The notes under the pieces: generated by a model
Databases searched by the model: none
Told to the model about the DNA's origin: nothing
The model's input: the letters and a program-made list of their open reading frames with translations, nothing else
Made by a program: the position numbers and the translations under genes
Virus record (IMG/VR): IMGVR_UViG_3300033069_000856
Length of the DNA: 20,000 bases
DNA from: an uncultured virus (IMG/VR IMGVR_UViG_3300033069_000856)
Lineage: Duplodnaviria; Heunggongvirae; Uroviricota; Caudoviricetes
Reading direction: 5' to 3' (one strand)
Part shown: one piece after another, positions 13,545-20,000 of the stretch
Numbering within the stretch: position 1 is the first letter of the stretch
How the letters are laid out: every line of letters begins with the position of its first letter

Positions 13545-15383
13545 TTGTCGCTCTTCGACTATAACGTATCAGAACCCCTGCGTAGGTTCGGCTCATCCAA
13601 TCGGGTGTATCCGGACCCCTTCCGTTCCCATACTTCCATGTTCATTCCACGCACCGTTACGGAGATGCTCCGGTGGTGTGAAGGGGTCTGGTTGAAGAAC
13701 GGTACGTATGCTAGGGCCCTTTCTAGAGTTGTAAGCTACTTTTTAACCCGTTTAGAGTGTAAAAACCTAAATGGTAAAGAGAAGAAAAGATTAGAGGATT
13801 TACTGAATAATGACCTCCAGTTGCTAGCAGAACTGTCGAAGGTCGGCATCGATTACATGTGCTATGGGAATAGCTTCACCCTTATCTACACTCCATTCCT
13901 CCGTAGCCTACCCTGCTCCGAGTGTAAGATCATACTTCGTATCGAAGAAATTAAACAGTTCACCTTCGACGATGGTATCTTCCGTTGGAAGTGCCCCCAC
14001 TGTGAGAAGAACTCTCAGTGCAAAGAACCACTCGACCACAAGCTCTCAGACATCTCTGATGTCCGTATTCATAGGCTTAACCCCCATGAGATGCAGCTAG
14101 TCGAGCACCCCCTATCAGGAGACAAGCAGTTCTTCTGGGACCCTCCCGCAGACACAGTAAAGAAGATCAAAGAGGGCGATCCTTTTTTTATCCGTTACTT
14201 TCCTTGGGAGATGATCCAGGCGATATTAGAGGGTAAGATGTTCGAGTTTGCCCCAGGGGTTGTGTACCACTGTGCCAATACTACCCTATCTGGTATACGT
14301 GCTAAGGGCTGGGGTGTATCCCCAATGATGCACGTATTCCACTTGGCATACTATGTACAGACAGCTAAGCTCTATAACGAAGTGCTTATGAATGAGTACA
14401 TTATCCCTTTCCGGGTAGTGTCCCCATCCAAGGGCTCAGGGCCTACTGGTGATCCCCTACAGAACTCATCTGTGGGTAATTTCAATGGAAAGCTGCTCAA
14501 GATGCTGGATGAGCATCGTAGGAACCCAGGTGGTTACTATGCCCTGCCATTCCCCATTGACTACCAGGCTATCTCTGGTGAGGGTGCTACCCTTACTACC
14601 CATGAGCACATCAATGCTGCAGTGGATGAGATGCTCAATGCTGTAGGCGTTCCGGCTGAGCTTTATAAGGGCACTATCCAATTTCAGGCATTGCCAACTG
14701 CCCTACGGCTATTTCAGCAGACCTGGCCAGGCTTTGTTCGGGAATTAAACAACTGGACACAGTGGTGTGTAGACCAGCTCTCTGAGATGTATAACCTGGA
14801 TAAGCCTAAGGTAGCCCTACAGCCGGTAACCCTGGCTGATGACCTCGAGAAGCGTAATATCCTGCTTCAGCTCCTTGCTGGTAACCGTATCAGTGCCGAG
14901 ACAGCATTCGCACCACTCGGGCTTGACCCCAATGAAGAGGGTAAGCGTATCTTGTCAGAGCAGGAGCAGGCACAGGAAGCCCAGGACGAGTACACAGAGC
15001 GTATGTCGCAGCGTAAGCAGCTCCAGCAGGAGATGCAGGGCGCAGCTGGGGGTGCTGCAGGTGGACAGGCTGGCGGTGATCCTAATGCTTCTGGTGGGGG
15101 TATGCCACCTGGCCCACAGAACTCAGCCTGGAACACAGCTAACATGTCCCCCGAGGATATGCAGAATGCTGCCTCTACTGAGGCCCAGCGTATGCTACAA
15201 TTACCGTATGAAGTACGGCGTGGCCAGCTTAATCAGCTGCGCCAGACAGGTGGCGATACACTCTGGATGCTGGTTAAGGGTGAGATGGAGAAGCTGCGTA
15301 GCTCAGCTAAGTCCCAGGGTGGATACTCAGCGCTACAGCAGATGGTTAATCCAGAAGGCCCTGGTATGGGCGGCGGACAGTAA
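13545..15383 (+). CDS. Probable phage portal protein with an inserted zinc ribbon and a Gln/Gly-rich C-terminal extension (612 aa)
   Basis: Portal-like motifs recognised by eye: DYMCYGNSF, IHRLNPHEM, VYH...GWGVSPM, EMLNAVGVPAELYKG. CSEC...CPHC insertion. TTG start. No HMM search was run. Confidence 0.7.
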   Translation: MSLFDYNVSEPLRRFGSSNRVYPDPFRSHTSMFIPRTVTEMLRWCEGVWLKNGTYARALSRVVSYFLTRLECKNLNGKEKKRLEDLLNNDLQLLAELSKVGIDYMCYGNSFTLIYTPFLRSLPCSECKIILRIEEIKQFTFDDGIFRWKCPHCEKNSQCKEPLDHKLSDISDVRIHRLNPHEMQLVEHPLSGDKQFFWDPPADTVKKIKEGDPFFIRYFPWEMIQAILEGKMFEFAPGVVYHCANTTLSGIRAKGWGVSPMMHVFHLAYYVQTAKLYNEVLMNEYIIPFRVVSPSKGSGPTGDPLQNSSVGNFNGKLLKMLDEHRRNPGGYYALPFPIDYQAISGEGATLTTHEHINAAVDEMLNAVGVPAELYKGTIQFQALPTALRLFQQTWPGFVRELNNWTQWCVDQLSEMYNLDKPKVALQPVTLADDLEKRNILLQLLAGNRISAETAFAPLGLDPNEEGKRILSEQEQAQEAQDEYTERMSQRKQLQQEMQGAAGGAAGGQAGGDPNASGGGMPPGPQNSAWNTANMSPEDMQNAASTEAQRMLQLPYEVRRGQLNQLRQTGGDTLWMLVKGEMEKLRSSAKSQGGYSALQQMVNPEGPGMGGGQ

Positions 15384-15398
15384 TTAACAGGATAATAA

Positions 15399-16883
15399 AT
15401 GTCAATCGACTATAAAGCATTAGCACAGGCAACAGCCAGAACACTGGCTGCTTCCCTTACATCGGCTGAGACTAGCTACTCTACCTACTTTGGTAACCCA
15501 GACAATGCTGGTAGCTCAGGTAAGGTAGAGTGGTTCCTATGGGGTGGACTCTATGCTAGCTATGGGCTAGAGAAGCCTACTACCTGCTATATCCAGTCTG
15601 GCACAGCCCAGTCAGTGGTTATGTCTAGCTTGGCGACGTCAATGACTATTACCCTAGTCACTACTGACTCGTCTAACATCGGTAAGGCTATCCAGGCTGG
15701 TACGGCTACCATCGATACTGATGCCCTGACTGAGCTACTCTACACTTGCTTTGACTCTAGGCTCACTAGCCGTGGTACAGCTATCCGTAGGCCACAGGCT
15801 ATCTCTAACCCTAAGGTCAAAGTGTTCGGCGCTATTATGGGCCCGGATGCTGCCCAGGTAGATCTAACTACTGATCTGTTTCCAGTGAAATTAGATCCGG
15901 TGCTGTTCTTGACAGCTGACACAGGTAATACCTACTGTGGGCCGTATCCTATTTTAGACCCTTCGGACATCAATAACTATCCAGTGAGTGATATCCCCAA
16001 TGACCCAGGTGAATGGGGAGACTGGATTCGCCGTACTGGCTTACTGGGCGTAGCAGCTGGTGCAAAAGCTAGCCTTAACGTAGATGACATTATTACCTAT
16101 TTCTCAGTTCGAGAAGATTACGAGGATGTTGGGTTTGACCAGGCTACCTTTGATGGACTGATCTACATCGATATGCCCAGTAACCACGGTATCTTCTGGG
16201 ATAACTTTGCTGATAACTCAACGTTCCTAGACTCAGAGTCATATATTGCTGGCGATTATTCTGGGGGTAATGCCTCGTATAATAACGCCATTAACTCGAG
16301 CTGGGGCTTCTATGCTAGCAAGCTCTCTCGAGCAGCTATTCTGCGCTGGCACAAGAGTACCCCTAATGCTTGGGGTATTGCCATTGCTACTCCCATCTAT
16401 ACACCTAAGACTGATTATTCGTCTTACCTGTCTCAAGCTGGCGATCTAGAGAACTTCATTGGCTCTTCAGCTAACCGTGGGCTGTTCTGCCGTACGCCAG
16501 TAGGGTCAGACAACTTCACTGAGCTTAGCCAGCTAGCAGTAGTGCTTAGACTACACAATGATGATGGTATCGTTCCAGAGGGTAGCGACGTCGCCAATGA
16601 TGTAGTAGTCGAAGCGCTTAGTGATAGGATCGGCGCATTCATTGATGCTATCCGGGTGACTGCACCTGAGACGCCCATTGTGCTCAGGGTAGACTTGAAT
16701 AATACTGCCGGTGATCCAGTGTCAGCCACTTATCTGGATATCTTGTTTAGGGAAGTAATTCCAAACCACGTAATTCACGGTATTCTTCTTTATGCATACG
16801 TAGCAGATGCTAATGATTACGTGGATATTGTGAAGGTAATCGCACCTCACCTGGCTCAGCTCCAGCGCAATGGACTAGGATAA
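15399..16883 (+). CDS. Acidic hypothetical protein (494 aa), probably virion-associated; possible alpha/beta-barrel C-terminal domain
   Basis: AGGA RBS; long ORF directly downstream of the portal-like gene; Asp/Ser/Thr/Tyr-rich. Confidence 0.8.
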   Translation: MSIDYKALAQATARTLAASLTSAETSYSTYFGNPDNAGSSGKVEWFLWGGLYASYGLEKPTTCYIQSGTAQSVVMSSLATSMTITLVTTDSSNIGKAIQAGTATIDTDALTELLYTCFDSRLTSRGTAIRRPQAISNPKVKVFGAIMGPDAAQVDLTTDLFPVKLDPVLFLTADTGNTYCGPYPILDPSDINNYPVSDIPNDPGEWGDWIRRTGLLGVAAGAKASLNVDDIITYFSVREDYEDVGFDQATFDGLIYIDMPSNHGIFWDNFADNSTFLDSESYIAGDYSGGNASYNNAINSSWGFYASKLSRAAILRWHKSTPNAWGIAIATPIYTPKTDYSSYLSQAGDLENFIGSSANRGLFCRTPVGSDNFTELSQLAVVLRLHNDDGIVPEGSDVANDVVVEALSDRIGAFIDAIRVTAPETPIVLRVDLNNTAGDPVSATYLDILFREVIPNHVIHGILLYAYVADANDYVDIVKVIAPHLAQLQRNGLG

Positions 16884-16887
16884 TACG

Positions 16888-18558
16888 ATGGCTAACCTCC
16901 CATACAAAGCACCAGTCGGCGTACCAGGTATTCCTACAGTTGGACCACTCAAGACACAGAAGAATATGCTAGCAAACAACAGACTCCAAACACGAACCAA
17001 GCTTGGTAAGCCAGAGTCTGCTGTAGCTACCAACCCAGTAGGATCGGAGATTAAGCAGGCTCTTGCTCAGCCTGGAACTGCGCCTAACATTGGGCTCAAC
17101 ACTCCACCTGTACGTGGATTCCTTAATGACATGAATGGCGCTGTTAAAAGTGTATTGCCCGATGCAGGTAAGAAGCTGTACGACAAGGTTAATCCGCCAC
17201 TACAGCCACCTTTACCACCCCCTGGTCAGACTGCAAAGATAAACAGGAATACCGATCTAGGTAACATGGCGCATGAGGCTAAGGCAAACGCAATGAACTC
17301 AGCCCAACGAATCATTGCTAGGCCTACACCAGAGAAAGTAGTGGCTAAAGCTACTAATGCTATTAGCCCATTGCCAGGTATGGGTCCATTGAATACAGTT
17401 GTACGAGGGGCAAACGCTTTGGCTCAGAACTCAAACTTACAGTCACCATTGAGTACATACAGGCAGGGCAAGTATATCGAAGGTAAGATTAAACGTGAAG
17501 GGCAGCAGGACTTCAACGCTGGTAATAGTCCAGAGGGCGACTACAACAAGCAATCCGACATCTCGAGTATCTTGGCTAAGCTCAAGCAATACCTGACTAG
17601 CCCTGCAGCTGGAGCTGAGTTCCGCTCAGTATCCAAGGCTCCAGGCTCGTCTATGCTCGGATCTAAGCTCAAGCCTCATACTCTGTACGATCCCAACACT
17701 ATCCATCTCCTTGGTAAGAACAAGCTACAGCAGCGCTTGCTGACAGGCTTAGACTTAGGTGCACCTGCTGTCATTGCTGGATCTATCCAGGAAGGCACAG
17801 GCGGTATGGGTAGGCAGGAGAATGAGAGTTGGACTAACTACATGCTACGCACTACTGGTGCAGTAGCCTCTGGTCTGGCTCTTAACCCTATTGAGCTAGC
17901 TACTATCAAGAAGCGTATCCCGTATATCCGTATGGCACAAGGTCAGCCTGGTTTGACCACTGCCACAATGAAGGGTACTCTGGGCCCGCTTATCACCAAG
18001 GCCACAGTCGGTGGTGTTGGTCTAGCGCCATCACTCTTTAGTGACTTGAAGTCATTCTTCGGTAATGCAGCTGGTGCAGCCGAGAACGTCAACAAGGGCA
18101 CAGAGGGACTGGACACTGGCAAGGCAGTCAGGCAGATTGGTGAGGCTGGTTCTGGTATTGCGGCTGGCTCACAGGGTGCATCCAATGCCCTTAACCAGCT
18201 ACCTAAGCTACTAAGGGAGCAGACAGAAGCTCAGCTCAAAGCACAGGCTGAGCAGGGCAAAGGTCTTCAAGACGCTGTCAAGCCTATTGGTGACTTTGCC
18301 AATACACTCAATGGTATGGCTACCTGGACTAAGAACAACGCTGGCTACATCGCTGGCGCGGGGGCTGCAGGTATTGGTGGTGTTATCCTTGCTAACCGCC
18401 TGATGAAGATGCGCGAGAACATCGCCAAAGAGAATACAAAGCAAATGGCTCTCAATCGCCCTGCGTCTACTAAGAAGCGCAAGCTTGTTATCGACCCAGG
18501 TGACTATGATATTGATATCAAGAATTTCCAAGTCAGCCCTGAACACGGAATCTATTAA
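16888..18558 (+). CDS. Ala/Gly/Pro-rich basic protein (556 aa), putative internal virion or ejection protein
   Basis: AGGA RBS. Low-complexity N-terminus and Gly-rich hydrophobic segments (ATVGGVGLA, GYIAGAGAAGIGGVILA). The function is inference. Confidence 0.75.
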   Translation: MANLPYKAPVGVPGIPTVGPLKTQKNMLANNRLQTRTKLGKPESAVATNPVGSEIKQALAQPGTAPNIGLNTPPVRGFLNDMNGAVKSVLPDAGKKLYDKVNPPLQPPLPPPGQTAKINRNTDLGNMAHEAKANAMNSAQRIIARPTPEKVVAKATNAISPLPGMGPLNTVVRGANALAQNSNLQSPLSTYRQGKYIEGKIKREGQQDFNAGNSPEGDYNKQSDISSILAKLKQYLTSPAAGAEFRSVSKAPGSSMLGSKLKPHTLYDPNTIHLLGKNKLQQRLLTGLDLGAPAVIAGSIQEGTGGMGRQENESWTNYMLRTTGAVASGLALNPIELATIKKRIPYIRMAQGQPGLTTATMKGTLGPLITKATVGGVGLAPSLFSDLKSFFGNAAGAAENVNKGTEGLDTGKAVRQIGEAGSGIAAGSQGASNALNQLPKLLREQTEAQLKAQAEQGKGLQDAVKPIGDFANTLNGMATWTKNNAGYIAGAGAAGIGGVILANRLMKMRENIAKENTKQMALNRPASTKKRKLVIDPGDYDIDIKNFQVSPEHGIY

Positions 18559-18827
18559 TGACTCTAGAGTCGGTACTAGCTATGCTTAACTCAGCAATTG
18601 CTCAAGACAAAGAAGCAATCGCTGATATTCTTGATTATCGAGTTAGTTGCTCCAAGTCACTAGCAGACAGCCCACATGTGGTCGTACTGGAACTTGCAGG
18701 TGATAATTACGCCGTAGGTGCACTAGGCCTTATCAATGCTACACTCACTTCACTAGGGCTACCTCGAGTAATGGCCGTGTACAATGACTCCGGTGAACTA
18801 ACAGAATTTGTGGAATATAAGTGCTAA
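18558..18827 (+). CDS. Small hypothetical phage protein (89 aa)
   Basis: TAATG coupling to the previous gene. The pattern LNSAIAQDKEAI...RVSC...LADSP...VGALGLIN resembles phage hypotheticals from memory (not verified). Confidence 0.75.
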   Translation: MTLESVLAMLNSAIAQDKEAIADILDYRVSCSKSLADSPHVVVLELAGDNYAVGALGLINATLTSLGLPRVMAVYNDSGELTEFVEYKC

Positions 18828-18828
18828 G

Positions 18829-19188
18829 ATGTCCAGTACGTTCCCGGACAATGAACTGGTGTTTCGGCAGCTTGGTCCTGACGTGGCTAACAACTTCCAC
18901 GCTGGGACAGCCAGCATGTCTATCCTATCAGACCCAACTATAGCGCCCACTCAAAAGGCGCTACTGTTGGGCATTGTCCAGAAAGCCACTGAGAATACTG
19001 GTGGTCTTTCTTTTAGCACTTCAGATCTTACTCGTGCCGCTGTTGGCACGGGCATTGGTTATTACGGGGCTAAGGCTACTGCCTCAGCCCTTAGCACAGT
19101 ATTTGAATTATCGCCTCAAACACAATCAGCAATAGCTATAATTGGTGGAGTGGGTGGATTACTACGCTCTACCGGTGTTTGGAAGTAA
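18829..19188 (+). CDS. Glycine-zipper-like hydrophobic protein (119 aa from ATG 18829), putative virion or membrane-interacting protein
   Basis: ATG 1 nt after the previous stop. Segments AAVGTGIGYYGA and IAIIGGVGGLL. Confidence 0.7.
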   Translation: MSSTFPDNELVFRQLGPDVANNFHAGTASMSILSDPTIAPTQKALLLGIVQKATENTGGLSFSTSDLTRAAVGTGIGYYGAKATASALSTVFELSPQTQSAIAIIGGVGGLLRSTGVWK

Positions 19189-19206
19189 TTAAAGAGGAAT
19201 TCTCAA

Positions 19207-19518
19207 ATGGATAAGCGTCTCGCACAAAAGGTTCTTGGTAACTGCCAGCTTGGCTTACTCAACCACGATGCAGTCAAGGAAGTCGCACTTTATCAGGCTG
19301 ACGTCGAGGACCGTAATAGCTGTACTATCCTAGTGCGCACTCACGGCGCAGCTACAGCCGGTACTAGCACTAATGTTCAGACTCTTGTATACGATGCCGC
19401 TGCTGTATTCGGCAAGACATCAAGCAATTGCAACCTGACTATTGCTACTCATGACAAGTCACGAGTTCGCCATCAGTGGGTTGGCTTCGGTGGGCGTAGC
19501 AAGGGCGTGATCGGCTAA
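19207..19518 (+). CDS. Hypothetical protein (103 aa)
   Basis: AGAGGA RBS; collinear with its neighbours. Confidence 0.75.
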   Translation: MDKRLAQKVLGNCQLGLLNHDAVKEVALYQADVEDRNSCTILVRTHGAATAGTSTNVQTLVYDAAAVFGKTSSNCNLTIATHDKSRVRHQWVGFGGRSKGVIG

Positions 19519-19530
19519 TTAGAGGGTAAT

Positions 19531-20000
19531 ATGCACAACGCAGACTTCGAACGTGGCTTGCTACGGGCTTTTGCTCAGCAGGGATTAACCCCTGATCGAG
19601 CAGAAGCTCTTATCGCTAAGCGAGCAGAGAAGCGGGCTTCGTGGTGGCCTAAAACTAAAAAGCCAAATAAGGATGAGGGTTATCGAGGTAACCTCTTGGT
19701 AAATAACAAAGGCGAAAAAGGCCGTGTTCTCATAGCTCCTAAAGATTTAAAGGGCAAAGACCTTACAGACTGGTATATCAATGAAATGATGAAAGAGTCT
19801 GCAGAGAAGCGGGCAGTCAATCTGTTTATTGACTCAGCGACTGCCATGAAGGGTCTAAAGAACCTGGGTGTACTCGGTGCACTTGGCCTGGTCATTCCAC
19901 CTGCTGTTGCCCTTGGCGGTGGCTATGCCGCTGGCCGTATGGCAGCTTCTGGCTACGATGCTATGGCTGACCAGGTGATCCCTAAGCCCAAGAAGGATGT
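19531..20000 (+). CDS. Putative virion protein, 3'-truncated by the window edge (MHNADFERGLLRAFAQQG...), with two AEKRA motifs and a Gly-rich hydrophobic segment
   Basis: GAGGG RBS, ATG at 19531, frame open to the window end. It is missing from the ORF track because it has no stop in the window. Confidence 0.75.
   Translation, partial: MHNADFERGLLRAFAQQGLTPDRAEALIAKRAEKRASWWPKTKKPNKDEGYRGNLLVNNKGEKGRVLIAPKDLKGKDLTDWYINEMMKESAEKRAVNLFIDSATAMKGLKNLGVLGALGLVIPPAVALGGGYAAGRMAASGYDAMADQVIPKPKKD
19624..19814 (+). repeat. 14-bp perfect direct repeat GCAGAGAAGCGGGC (AEKRA) flanking an A-rich in-frame segment
   Basis: Copies at 19624-19637 and 19801-19814, 177 nt (59 codons) apart. Confidence 0.75.

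Noticed and set aside
18558..18569. MTL start as a member of the MxTL set
   Set aside because: TL is at positions 2-3 rather than 3-4, and the gene lies in the structural block; likely coincidence.
13864..19895. Alternative-frame and antisense ORFs inside the large genes (e.g. 13864, 14449, 14839, 14867, 16433, 17943, 18211, 19680)
   Set aside because: They are nested in longer, better-supported + strand CDSs, and their composition is typical of off-frame reads.

Overview
The window looks like part of a large, probably uncultured, tailed bacteriophage genome. All credible genes are on the + strand and use the standard code. Positions 1-13437 hold a dense, translationally coupled array of about 48 small ORFs (mostly 65-125 aa). 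After correcting the starts, 42 begin with the same tetrapeptide M-x-T-L (17 MKTL, 9 MNTL, 5 QTL, and R/D/H/P/V/T/S at position 2), and two more are near-variants (MDSTL, MQTI). The bodies after the tag fall into several apparently unrelated, locally duplicated, highly diverged families. Thr3 and Leu4 use many synonymous codons, which points to selection on the peptide. The array is interrupted by a 207-aa gene with its own likely leaderless promoter and by an unannotated 48-aa CxCxCxC peptide gene. It abuts a probable head-morphogenesis block (13545-20000): a portal-like protein with an inserted zinc ribbon, followed by Gly/Ala-rich putative virion proteins. The main hypothesis (inference) is a large arsenal of small effector or anti-defence proteins sharing an N-terminal targeting tag, analogous to the capsid-targeting sequence of T4 internal proteins. 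No database searches were run, so all functional calls come from motif recognition.
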